Below are positions 39,330 to 50,940 of a stretch of DNA of 64,000 nt, in pieces. Source of the DNA: Dehalococcoidia bacterium. Its GTDB lineage: Bacteria > Chloroflexota > Dehalococcoidia > Plut-88900. The stretch covers positions 1,312,001-1,376,000 of the forward strand of contig CBDBLV010000005.1 of the NCBI GenBank assembly GCA_965207225.1. The letters are read 5' to 3'. Each line of letters opens with the position of its first letter. Position 1 is the first letter of the stretch. The translations under genes were made by a program, and so were the position numbers. The notes under the pieces were generated by a model. That model saw nothing but the letters and a program-made list of their open reading frames with translations, did no database searches and was not told the DNA's origin.

Positions 39330-39944
39330 TTAGTTGTACCGGGACATGGCGGCGTCCAGGCCTGAGGTCAGGATGCAGGCTATGGCGTCGGAGACGGTAG
39401 AGACTGCGCTGGTAATAGTCTCCTGTTCTTCGTTGGAGAAGGGGCCTAGGACTCGGGCGATGGCGCCGGTCTGCCCGGTGGGGTCCCGGCCGATGCCTAC
39501 CCTTATGCGGGGTATTTCCTCGGTGCCGAGGGCTCGGATGATGGACTTGATACCGTTGTGGCCTCCGGCGCTCCCCTGCATACGGATGCGTACCGTGCCG
39601 AGGGGCAGATCCATGTCGTCGTAGATGATTAGGAGCTTGTCCTCGGGGACGCGCCAGCGGGATGTGATGTAGTGGACGGCCTCGCCGCTGAGGTTCATGA
39701 AGGTGCGGGGCTTGCCGAGGAGGACCCGATGGGCTTTCCCTTCAATGTTTACCCGACCCTCGGCCCATTTGAGCGGGCCGCGCCGGCCGTCCCAATTTAA
39801 GCCGTGGTCGGCGGCGAACTGGTCGACGCATTCGAAGCCGACGTTGTGACGGGTGCCGACGTACTCGGGGCCGGGGTTTCCGAGACCTACTACGACGAGG
39901 TCAAAGGGGTCGGAGGCCCACTTTTTTCTCTTGAAGGGCCACAT
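39330..39944 (-). CDS. pth: Peptidyl-tRNA hydrolase
   Basis: VGLGNPG, TRHNVGF, TFMNLSG, GSAGGHNG. Confidence 0.96.
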   Translation of the reverse strand: MWPFKRKKWASDPFDLVVVGLGNPGPEYVGTRHNVGFECVDQFAADHGLNWDGRRGPLKWAEGRVNIEGKAHRVLLGKPRTFMNLSGEAVHYITSRWRVPEDKLLIIYDDMDLPLGTVRIRMQGSAGGHNGIKSIIRALGTEEIPRIRVGIGRDPTGQTGAIARVLGPFSNEEQETITSAVSTVSDAIACILTSGLDAAMSRYN

Positions 39945-42014
<2,070 letters not shown>

Positions 42015-43124
42015 CTACGCGTTTGAACCCTTGAACCCGAGACGTTGAAGGACCTCGCGCAGGGTGTCTATCACCACGTCGATGTCGTCCTCTGTGACGT
42101 GGCCGAGGTGGCCGATGCGGAAGACTTTGCCTGCCAGGGGGCCCGGGCCTCCGGCGAGGACAACCCCGTATTCCTCCCGGCAGATTTTCAGGAGTTGGGC
42201 CAGGTCTACACCCTCGGGGGCGTTGATTGCGGTGACGGTGTTGGAGGCGAATTCCTCCTCGGCGAGGAGGGATAGGCCGAGGGAACGGGCGCCGTCACGG
42301 GCGCGTCGGGCGACGGAGGCGTGGCGTTCAAATACGTTGGCCAAGCCTTCCTGAGCTATTGCTTCGAGGCCGACGTCCAGGGCGTAGAAGGTGGAGACGG
42401 CAGGGGTCCAGGGAGTCTGGCCTCGTTCGAAATAAGACTGGAGCTGGCCGAAGTCCCAGTGGAACCGGGGCATGGTAGAGGTCCTCCATGCCTCCCACGC
42501 TCTCTGGCTGACGCTGATCATGGAGAGGCCGGGCGGGGACATCCAGCCCTTCTGGGAGGCGGTGGAAACGACATCGCATTCCCAGGCGTCGACGGGGAGG
42601 TCTATAGAGCCGATGCTGCTGATGGCGTCGACGAGGAGGAGCCTATCGTGGGAGCGGGTGATTTCTGCGATGGAGCGGAGGGGGTTAGTTACGCCGGTGG
42701 AAGTTTCGTTGTGGGTTACCAGGACGGCCTTGATGGAGGGGTCGTCGGAAAGGTGCTTGTCCACATCATCCGGGTTTATAGCCTTTCCGTAGGGGGCTTC
42801 CAGTTTGACTACATCCGCGCCGAAGGCCTCGGCGATCTGGACGTAGCGCTGCCCGAAGGAGCCGATGGTGAGTGCGAGGACCCGGTCTCCGGGGGACAGG
42901 GTGTTAACTACAGAGGCCTCCATGGCGCCGGTGCCGGAGCTCGTCATAACGTACAGGTCGTTCTCGGTCTGGAAGAATTCTTTGAGGCGGACGGTGACGC
43001 GCTCCAGGAGCTCCTTGAATGCCGGGCCGCGGTGGTTGATCATCTGCGCGGTCATGGCGTCCAGGACTTCGTCGGGGACGGGGGTGGGGCCGGGGATGCG
43101 GAGGTGGATTTTCTTATCTGGCAT
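42015..43124 (-). CDS. Class V aminotransferase (alanine-glyoxylate/serine-pyruvate family)
   Basis: IPGPTP, HNETSTG, VDAISS, ASQKG, FRIGHLG. Confidence 0.92.
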   Translation of the reverse strand: MPDKKIHLRIPGPTPVPDEVLDAMTAQMINHRGPAFKELLERVTVRLKEFFQTENDLYVMTSSGTGAMEASVVNTLSPGDRVLALTIGSFGQRYVQIAEAFGADVVKLEAPYGKAINPDDVDKHLSDDPSIKAVLVTHNETSTGVTNPLRSIAEITRSHDRLLLVDAISSIGSIDLPVDAWECDVVSTASQKGWMSPPGLSMISVSQRAWEAWRTSTMPRFHWDFGQLQSYFERGQTPWTPAVSTFYALDVGLEAIAQEGLANVFERHASVARRARDGARSLGLSLLAEEEFASNTVTAINAPEGVDLAQLLKICREEYGVVLAGGPGPLAGKVFRIGHLGHVTEDDIDVVIDTLREVLQRLGFKGSNA

Positions 43125-43174
43125 GGCTTTTTCTCGGTTAGATTTTAGCCGATTGTGAGCTTAGGAAAAGGGCG

Positions 43175-44383
43175 CTATTTGTCGACGAAAACGAGGGTGC
43201 GCCGTTTGCCGACTTTCATGCGTGCTCCGGGCACGAGCTTGGACCGGTTAACGGCGTACTCGGAGAGCTTGCTGCCGTCCAGTTCGACGCCGCCGCCGTC
43301 GATGAGGCGTCGGGCTTCGCCGGTGGAAGATGCGGCTTTGTGTTCAACGAGGAGTCGGGGGATGAAGGCGGCATCTCCGTCGCTCAGGGAAGCGAGGGGG
43401 ACTTCGGTGACGATGTCGTCGGCTTCTTTGCGTTGAACGATGCGCTCGAACTCGGTCTCGGCGGAGGCGGCGGCCTGGGGGGAGTGGAACTGGGCGACGA
43501 TTTCCCGGGCGAGGCGTTTCTTGAGGTCAAGGGGGTTCACGGAGCGGGAGGCGAGGGCCTGGGACAAGTCGGAGACTTCGTTGTCGGGGAGGTCGGTGAC
43601 CAACTCTAGGTAGTTGGGGATCAGATCGTCGTTGAGGCGCATGACCTTGAAGTAGGTGTCCTTCGGTGGTTCGGCGACGCCGATGTAGTTGTCGAGGCTC
43701 TTGCTCATGCGCTGGACGCCGTCGGTGCCGACCAGGATGGGGACGAGGAGGCACTGCTGGGGTTTCTGGCCCACCATGCCCTGGAGCTCGCGCCCGAGGA
43801 GCAGGTTGAACTTCTGGTCGGTGCCGCCGAATTCGACGTCTGCTTCGACTACTGTCGAGTCATAGGCCTGGAGGAGAGGGTAGAGAAGCTCGGTTATGGC
43901 GATGGGCCGGTTGGCCTTGAAGCGGTTGGAGAAGTCCTCCCGGGCGAGGATCTGGGCGACGGTGAAGCGGCTGGTGAGGGAGATGACCTCGGTGAGGGTG
44001 AACTTGCCGAACCAGTCGCTCTGCCATCGGACCTCGGTACGGTCTTTGTCCACGACTTTGAAGAACTGCTCCATGTAGGTGCGGGCGTTCTCCTGTACCT
44101 GCTCGGCGGAGAGCATCTGCCGGGTGGCGGACTGGCCGCTGGGGTCGCCGATCTGGGCGGTCCAGTCGCCGACGATGAGGATGACGCGGTGGCCGAGCTC
44201 CTGGAACTGGCGCAGCTTGCGCAAGCCGACGGTGTGGCCGAGATGGATATCGGCGCGGCTGGGGTCGAAGCCCATCTTGAGGCGAAGGGGTCGGCCGGAG
44301 TCCAGGAGGTCTTCAAGCTCCTGCTGGCGGATGATCTCGGCGACGCCACGGGTGAAAAGGTGAGCGTATTTTTGATTAGTCAT
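43175..44383 (-). CDS. tyrS: Tyrosine--tRNA ligase
   Basis: GFDPS..HLGH, YPLLQAYD, GGTDQKFN, RMSKS, S4 domain. Confidence 0.97.
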   Translation of the reverse strand: MTNQKYAHLFTRGVAEIIRQQELEDLLDSGRPLRLKMGFDPSRADIHLGHTVGLRKLRQFQELGHRVILIVGDWTAQIGDPSGQSATRQMLSAEQVQENARTYMEQFFKVVDKDRTEVRWQSDWFGKFTLTEVISLTSRFTVAQILAREDFSNRFKANRPIAITELLYPLLQAYDSTVVEADVEFGGTDQKFNLLLGRELQGMVGQKPQQCLLVPILVGTDGVQRMSKSLDNYIGVAEPPKDTYFKVMRLNDDLIPNYLELVTDLPDNEVSDLSQALASRSVNPLDLKKRLAREIVAQFHSPQAAASAETEFERIVQRKEADDIVTEVPLASLSDGDAAFIPRLLVEHKAASSTGEARRLIDGGGVELDGSKLSEYAVNRSKLVPGARMKVGKRRTLVFVDK

Positions 44384-45306
44384 CGGCTGGGACTCGCGGC
44401 GAGGACTTTGCGGGCCACTTTCACGTCGTTGTTCATCTGCTCAATCAGCTCCGGGACGCCGGAGAAGCGCATGTCGCTGCGGACGAGGGCGAGGAAGTCG
44501 ACGGAGAGGTGCTGGCCGTAGATGTCCTCGTCGAAGTCGAAGATGAAGACCTCCGTGGCGCGGGTCTCGCCTTCGAAGGTGGGTTTGCTGCCTACGTAGG
44601 TTATGGAGTCCAGCATGCGGTCGTCCAGCAGGGCACGGGTGGCGTAGATGCCGTCGGCGAGGAGGGCGCGGTCGGGTGGGACCTGGATGTTGGCGGTGGG
44701 GAAGCCGAGGAGGCGGCCACGCTTGTCTCCGACGACCACGGGGCCCGAGAGGCGGAAGGGTCGGGCCATTAGGCGCATGGCGAGGTCGACGTTGCCGGTG
44801 GAGAGGGCTTCGCGGATGGCGGTACTGCTGACGGTGAGGTCGCCTTCGCGGATTACGTCCTGGCAGACGACTTCGTAACCGTGTTCAGTTCCGAGTCGCG
44901 TCAGGGTGGGCACGTCTCCCTCCCGGCCCTTGCCGAGGGCGAAGTCCTGGCCGCAGACTAGGGCTTTCATGTTCAGCCTGGTCACAAGCTGTTGGACGAA
45001 TTCCGAGGCCCTGAGCTGGGACACTTCCCGGGTGAAGTTGATGGCGACGACGTGGTCGATGCCGAGGGCTTTGATTGCTTCGAGGCGGGAGTCGAGGTCC
45101 ATGAGGTACTGGGGATGGAAGGCCGGGGCGAGGACGGTCAACGGATGGTTGTGGAAGGTTACGACGGCGGAGTCCAGGCCGCGACGCCCGGCTTCTTCGA
45201 TTGTGCGCTGAAAGAGGGTCTTGTGGCCTAGGTGGACGCCATCGAACACTCCGATGGCTACGGCTGTGTGGGTGTCGGGCGGGGGGCCGGCGAGCTCTTC
45301 CAGCAA
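44380..45306 (-). CDS. ribF: Bifunctional riboflavin kinase/FAD synthetase
   Basis: GVFDGVHLGH, VSSTAIR, GRLLGFPTAN. Confidence 0.96.
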   Translation of the reverse strand: MLEELAGPPPDTHTAVAIGVFDGVHLGHKTLFQRTIEEAGRRGLDSAVVTFHNHPLTVLAPAFHPQYLMDLDSRLEAIKALGIDHVVAINFTREVSQLRASEFVQQLVTRLNMKALVCGQDFALGKGREGDVPTLTRLGTEHGYEVVCQDVIREGDLTVSSTAIREALSTGNVDLAMRLMARPFRLSGPVVVGDKRGRLLGFPTANIQVPPDRALLADGIYATRALLDDRMLDSITYVGSKPTFEGETRATEVFIFDFDEDIYGQHLSVDFLALVRSDMRFSGVPELIEQMNNDVKVARKVLAASPSR

Positions 45307-45435
45307 AGGGTGGACCTATATCCGAATACGACCCCTACCGAGGGATAGGGGTCACTGGGTAGGATGGTAGCACGGGCATCGGGACAAGTCTACCAAGCAG
45401 ACGGATTCGGGGGGAAGGGGAGGCCCTGGCGTGTA

Positions 45436-46167
45436 TTCAGTTGTGGGGTTTCGGGGTTTGGGTTTGTCTGTTGGGTTTTGGGTCGGCGATGGAAGACGCA
45501 CCTGGTGAGCCGTTGGTCCCTACCATGCGGTGTTCCAGCTGTCCAGGGCCATGGAGGTCCGCCGGGGGGCGGATTGCAGCCGGCCGCACCCTTATGCTCG
45601 ATGTGTGCTCCGGCTGTTCGGGCAGACAGCCGGGCTTTGACCCGCTCCCAGGCGCCTAAGGGCGCAGTGGGGGCCAGTGATCGGGCGGGTAGCCCCCGGG
45701 GGAATTTCTATTACGTGGCGCAACCACGGGTCCTGGCCGCCCCAGCTACCCCTGTGCTTGATTTGGTGTGGCGTAAGCTCGCCGACGGGCCAACCTCCGA
45801 GAGAGCTACTCTCGTGCGGGGTTTGCCGGCCCGCCACCCCTATCTTGATATAGCGCAAGTTCGCTACAGTCCGACCTCCGAGACGGTCTCTCGGCGGGGG
45901 GTGGCCGGTCTGCTTGGCTTCTATCCAGGGCGTCTTTCCATCGCCTGGGGGACAGGGAAGGGACACGGAACCCAGTGGGATGAGGAGATGGCGACGTTCG
46001 CTTGTGCCGCAACCTTCCTGCCTCGCAAGGGGGGCGATTGGCCGGTCGCCCCTACAAGAGAGGGGAGAGGTCTTGGGATGGGCTAGGGCGTTGAGTCCTC
46101 GGTGTCGGGTCTCGGGGGCTTCCCTGGGTTTTTGGTTCCTCCTTAAGGTGGTGTCGGGTCTAGACTT
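45436..46167 (-). ncRNA. Candidate structured ncRNA, copy 2 (closing stem 45485-45505/45925-45945)
   Basis: Shares about 200-nt and 50-nt flanks with 2148-2810; different hairpin-dense interior; own promoter. Confidence 0.5.
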
Positions 46168-46173
46168 AGAACA

Positions 46174-46202
46174 AATATAAGGCTCAAGTGTTTGCATGTC
46201 AA
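46174..46202 (-). promoter_or_regulatory. Sigma70-type promoter TTGACA-17-TATATT
   Basis: Reverse complement reads TTGACA tgcaaacacttgagcct TATATT. Confidence 0.7.
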
Positions 46203-46300
46203 GGGGTAATGTCATATTTGGGGGGAATGTCTGAACTGTGATTCGTGGGATTGATGGATTGGTCTGATATGTTGGGGGGAGGGATACCCCCAGCCCCCCA

Positions 46301-46430
46301 GGGGAACCCTCACCCCCTTGATCCCCCTCTCCCTTAGGGCCTATAAGGGAGAGGGGGAAGGAAGAACAGAGGCAGACGTGGGTGCAACGCACCCACGTCT
46401 GCCTCTAGTTCATTACTGGAGGGAGGGGGA
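46301..46430. repeat. Composite REP/MITE-like element
   Basis: Same architecture as 2921-3050. Confidence 0.75.
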
Positions 46431-46486
46431 TGGGATGGGGTTGGATGGCTTTGAGGGTGTGGCCTAGTTTGAGTAAACTGGACGGT

Positions 46487-46644
46487 ATGGCTGAGGCGAA
46501 TTTTGTGGACAAGACGATCTGGACGGGGGACAACCTCGATATTTTGCGGGGTCGTGCCCGCATTGCAATCGGATCAAAGAGGATAGGGATATGGCTTACC
46601 TGATGGCTTGGTTGGGGGAGGGGTGGGAGTTAGGATACAGATAG
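46487..46644 (+). pseudogene. Internally deleted DNA methyltransferase-HNH gene remnant
   Basis: MAEANFVDKTIWTGDNLDILRG (MTase N-terminus) joined out of frame to CPHCNRIKEDRDMAYL (HNH C-terminus). Confidence 0.7.
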
Positions 46645-46650
46645 TAATCT

Positions 46651-47178
46651 ATGAAGGAAGATGCCAGAAGAGAAATAGAACGAGCTCACGGTATGATCGA
46701 TGCATTGGAAAAGGAGTTGGTTTCGCTGGATCATTTATATTTCGCGTTCCCAGATACCAAAACCTCTTTATTTGAGCGGTCGTACTCTAATGCCTCCACT
46801 CAAGTAGTGCCAGCTTTATTTATTTCGCATAGTCCTACCAGTGCAATAGAAGGTCCCGCAGCAATAAGAACGATTGTCGACCACAAACATCCCTTGCCAT
46901 CAGATTATGTACGAATGCCCCGCGTGAAGGACACTCGCGTGCTTATGGAAAAGGTTCCGTCCAAAAGCGTCAAAAGGCTATTGGGTAAGCGCTGTCTAGT
47001 GATTGAGAAATGGGGTAATGAGTTTGTATGTAGAGTGCCACACTACATTAGAGAAAGTGCTAAGGATGGCACTTCGGCCATAGTTGCGATTCCACCACCC
47101 GGAAAGATGTGGAATCTGACGGTAGTCAAAAAGCTCCAAGATGTGTGTCGGACTATGGGGAAGCCAATATCTACTTAG
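46651..47178 (+). CDS. Hypothetical protein (low GC)
   Basis: 175-aa ORF in an AT-richer island; no motif recognised. Confidence 0.6.
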   Translation: MKEDARREIERAHGMIDALEKELVSLDHLYFAFPDTKTSLFERSYSNASTQVVPALFISHSPTSAIEGPAAIRTIVDHKHPLPSDYVRMPRVKDTRVLMEKVPSKSVKRLLGKRCLVIEKWGNEFVCRVPHYIRESAKDGTSAIVAIPPPGKMWNLTVVKKLQDVCRTMGKPIST

Positions 47179-47229
47179 CAATAACCATACCTGAACTAAG
47201 AGACGGCTTCGGAATGGTTGGGGGGGTGG

Positions 47230-47426
47230 GGAGGGGCTATGCAGCAGGTTCAATTCGATTTCCAGTTCAAGATTATGGAGGTGGACCATGTGGTGCCGAG
47301 AAGAGTCCGGGAGGGGAAGACAACGTGGAAAATCTGCATCTGCTGTGTCCGAACTGCAATCGGATCAAGGGGGATAGGGATATGGCTTACCTAGTGGCGA
47401 GGTTGGGGGAGGGAGGATATATGTGA
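47230..47426 (+). pseudogene. Frameshifted HNH endonuclease domain
   Basis: MEVDHVVPR / GGEDNVENLHLLCPNCNRIKGDR split across frames. Confidence 0.75.
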
Positions 47427-47917
47427 TTCAACTAGTCACCTTAAGCCTTACTGCCGTAGCTGCTCTTGCCGCGGTTATAGGTGCAGTGTTCGCTTGGCTC
47501 AGTCATCGCGCTAGGTTGCGCAGCGAATTGCCAAATATAAAAGTAGGAGGATGGACCTATGAGACTCCCCGCCAACTTTTTTCTTCTCTGATTCACTTTT
47601 GGTTTGAAGTAGGGGTTGACCATAACAGCGTAGGCTGGGAAGTGATTAGAGTTGAAGCCAACAAGTCTCGCGGTAGCAAATGTCTATTGGCCTCTGTGAA
47701 TGGAGAACCCACATGGCAAGATTCATATGAATTGATCTATCCGACCAACAGAGGGCGTCTTAGAATAAAAGAGACCCAGGGATCCGGGTGGCTTACATTC
47801 ACATGCCAACGCGCGTCGAGAAAAGAAGGAAAATACAGGAAGAAGAGAGTCGCTGTGCCATACGTGGTGTGGGAGGAAAGTTATTCTATGGAACCCAAGC
47901 CTCAAGATCATACGTAG
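47423..47917 (+). CDS. Hypothetical protein with N-terminal TM anchor (low GC)
   Basis: 164-aa ORF with hydrophobic N-terminus; start overlaps the HNH stop (GTGA). Confidence 0.6.
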   Translation: MIQLVTLSLTAVAALAAVIGAVFAWLSHRARLRSELPNIKVGGWTYETPRQLFSSLIHFWFEVGVDHNSVGWEVIRVEANKSRGSKCLLASVNGEPTWQDSYELIYPTNRGRLRIKETQGSGWLTFTCQRASRKEGKYRKKRVAVPYVVWEESYSMEPKPQDHT

Positions 47918-48051
47918 CTTGGGATTGCAAATGCCTCAGATTCCTCGCGGGGCATGGGAATGGGATGTAAGGGGTGTGGGGAAGGGGTGTATACTCTGCG
48001 ACAACCAGTCGGGATTCGGGTCGAAGCCATGGGAATTGAGGGGGTAGAAGC

Positions 48052-49380
48052 ATGTCGCAGTTGAGGGTTGTACATTACCTGAACCAGTTTTTTGCGGGGA
48101 TTGGCGGGGAAGAGAAGGCGGATACGGCCCCGGGCTCGGAGGGCGGTCCGCTGGGTCCGGGAATCGCCCTTAATCAGGCGCTGATTTCTTCGGAGGAAGG
48201 GGAGGTGGCGGCGACGGTATATTGCGGCGATACGTATTTCACGGAGAACCAGGAGGAGGCGCTGGAGCGGATCGTGGAGCTGGTGGGGGAGTCGGGGGCG
48301 GAGGTGCTAGTGGCGGGGCCGGCGTTTGGGTCGGGTCGGTACGGGCTGGCGTGCGCGCAGGTGTGCCAGAGGGTCGGGGCTGCGCTGGGGATCCCGGTTG
48401 TTTCGGGGATGCACCCCAGGAACCCGGGGGCGGAGCAGTACAGGGGACAGGTGTACATGGCTTCGACTTCGGATACGGCGGTGGGGATGGGGGTGGCGAT
48501 AGAGGTGATGGCGAAGCTGGCGGTGAAGCTGGGTCGGGGGGAGGAACTCGGACCTGCGGACGAGGACGGGTACATACCGACGGGTCGGGTGAAGACGCAA
48601 GTACACGAGAAGACGATGGCGCAGCGGCTGGTGGACATGGTGCTGAAGAAGGTGAACGGGGAGCCTTTCGAGACGGAGTGGCCCCTGCCTTCGATGGAGA
48701 AGATAGAACCTGCGCCGGCTATAGGGTCGGTGGCCGGGGCAAGGATAGCGCTGGTGACGGAGGGGGGAGTCGTGCCTCGGGGGAACCCGGACAAGATCCC
48801 GAGCGGGTGGGCGAAGCACTGGGCGCGTTATGACATCGGCGAGGTGTCGGACTTCACCCCCGATAAGTGGCAATCCGTCCACGGTGGCTTCGACACAACC
48901 AAGCTGAATGAAGATCCCGACAGGGTCCTGCCCCTCGACGTGATGCGGGACCTCGAGAAAGAGAAGGCCATAGGCAAGGTCCACGAGTACATGTATTCCA
49001 CCGTAGGGAATATCGGCTACGTGGCGGACATGAAACGGTTCGGAGAGGACATAGCGGCGGAACTGCAGGCGGCGGGGGTACAGGGGGTGATCCTGACCGG
49101 GACCTGAGGCACCGGCACGCGTAGCGGGGCTACGCTGGCGAAGGAGCTGGAGAGGGCCGGGCTGCCGACGGCATTTATCACGGCGATGGTGCCGCTGGCA
49201 CAGAGTATCGGGGCGAACCGGATCGTGCAGGGGAAAGCGGTGACAACGACGACGGGAGATCCCGATCTCCCGCCGGATGAGGAGAGGGCTTTCAGGCGTC
49301 GGCTGGTGGAACGGGCGCTGAAGTCTCTGGAGTCGACCCCCGAAGGGCAGGAGGTGGTGTGGGGGGAGGACCGGGGCTAG
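48052..49380 (+). CDS. Glycine/betaine/sarcosine reductase selenoprotein B family (UGA 49105-49107 read as Sec)
   Basis: RVVHYLNQFFAGIGGEE, AGPAFGSGRYG.AC, HGGFD, ILTGT-U-GTGTRSGATLAKELERAG; the downstream ORF is in frame. Confidence 0.88.
49108..49138 (+). promoter_or_regulatory. Bacterial SECIS-like hairpin
   Basis: GCGTAGC-GGG-GCTACGC stem-loop 12-28 nt after the UGA, with a G-rich loop. Confidence 0.7.
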
Positions 49381-50915
49381 ACGGCGACGCGTTCCAGGTC
49401 TTTCAGGATGGCTCGGGCGGCGTTGTAGCCCGGGGCGCCGGTAATCTCGCCGCCGGGGTGGGTGCCTGAGCCGCACATATAGAAGCGGTCGATGGTCGAG
49501 CGGTAGGGCATCCGGCCTGTGAAGATCTGCTTACTGGTGATGTCTATGTGTCGGATGTTGCCGTCGGTGAGGAACTGGCGGATTTCAATGTCCTCGGGGG
49601 TTTGGAGGGTCCAGTCGACGATGGACTCACGGAAGTTGGGGGCATAGGTTGTGAGGATGTCGATCAGCTGCTCTCCCACCTTGGGCCCTTCCACGTCCCA
49701 GGAGCCGTCCTTCAACTCAGCAGGCGCGTAAAGCGTCCACGAAGACAGCACATGATGGCCCGCCGGGGTCAACGATTTGTCGTAGATTGAGGGCATCTGG
49801 ACGTTCATCACGGGGCAGCTGGAGGGGTAGCCGTTCTTGGCGTCGTCCCAGCTTTGCTGGAAGTACTCCACCGAGGGACAGATTCGGAAGTAGGCGGTGA
49901 GCCGGGGGTCGTAGCCTTCGCCGAGGTAGCTGCTGAAGTCGGGGAGCTCACGGAGGGCTACGAGGAGCTTGACGCAGTTGGCCCGGGTGGTGAGGCCGTC
50001 GACCTTGGAGCGGGTGGCGGGGTCGACATCTGCGGAGTCGATGAGGTCATTGTAGGTGCGCTTGGGGTCGGCGTTGGAGACGACCATGAAGCTCCTGATC
50101 TCCTCGCCATTTTCTAGGCGGACGCCGACGGCGGTGCCGTTTTCGACGATGACCTTGTCGACGACGGTGTTGAGGCGGATCTCGACGCCGAGGGACTCGG
50201 CGTAGCGGGCCATGGAGAAGGGAAGCTGGCTCATGCCTCCGCGGGGGATGCCGTAGTTCTCGGGCTTGGTGAAGGCGTTGACGCGGAGGTAGGCGAGGCT
50301 GAGGATGCTGCCGGGGGCGCTCGGGTCACCGGCGTCCTGGGCGTCGATGAAGTGGGCCTTGACCTGGGGGTGCTCGAAGTGCTGGTCAACGAGGTCCCTC
50401 ATGCTGACGGTTAGCATGGTCTCCCAGACTTCCTCGTCGCTGGTGCCCCGGACGTCCTGATAGACCTCGGCGATGGTAGGGGGTTCTCGGAACCAGTAGC
50501 GATGCAGGATGGCGGAGGCGCGTTCCCAGAAGGACGCCCATTCCGGGAAGGCCTGGGCGTCCTTTTCGGAGAAGCGGGCCAGCTCTCGGGCGTTCTTGTG
50601 GTTTTCCCGGTAGGTCATGATGTAGTTGCCGTCCGGGAAGGGGTCGAAGCGAAAGGTGGTGAAGGGGATGATGTCGAGGCCGTTGTCACGCAGCTTGAGG
50701 TCGTCGATGACTCGGCCCTGCATGATGTGCAGGATGTAGGCGCAGTACGGGATGTTGAAGCCGGGAGCGAGTTCGTCGGTCACCACAGCGCCGCCGACCA
50801 TCTCGAGGCGCTCCAATACGAGGACCTTCAGGCCCTCCTGGGCGAGGTACCCGGCGGTGACGAGGCCGTTGTGCCCCGCCCCGATGATGATGGCGTCGTA
50901 CTGGTGCTGCTGCAT
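49377..50915 (-). CDS. Phytoene desaturase-like FAD-dependent oxidoreductase
   Basis: IIGAGHNGL, VLER, RGGM, YMCGSGTHPGG.ITGAPGYNAA. Confidence 0.88.
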   Translation of the reverse strand: MQQHQYDAIIIGAGHNGLVTAGYLAQEGLKVLVLERLEMVGGAVVTDELAPGFNIPYCAYILHIMQGRVIDDLKLRDNGLDIIPFTTFRFDPFPDGNYIMTYRENHKNARELARFSEKDAQAFPEWASFWERASAILHRYWFREPPTIAEVYQDVRGTSDEEVWETMLTVSMRDLVDQHFEHPQVKAHFIDAQDAGDPSAPGSILSLAYLRVNAFTKPENYGIPRGGMSQLPFSMARYAESLGVEIRLNTVVDKVIVENGTAVGVRLENGEEIRSFMVVSNADPKRTYNDLIDSADVDPATRSKVDGLTTRANCVKLLVALRELPDFSSYLGEGYDPRLTAYFRICPSVEYFQQSWDDAKNGYPSSCPVMNVQMPSIYDKSLTPAGHHVLSSWTLYAPAELKDGSWDVEGPKVGEQLIDILTTYAPNFRESIVDWTLQTPEDIEIRQFLTDGNIRHIDITSKQIFTGRMPYRSTIDRFYMCGSGTHPGGEITGAPGYNAARAILKDLERVAV

Positions 50916-50940
50916 GATTGGTTGTCTCCGGGGGTCGGGG

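Noticed and set aside
45310-46170. T-box or FMN riboswitch upstream of ribF-tyrS
   Set aside because: No T-box (AAxxxGGGTGGxACC) or FMN consensus seen, and ribF appears to have its own proximal promoter
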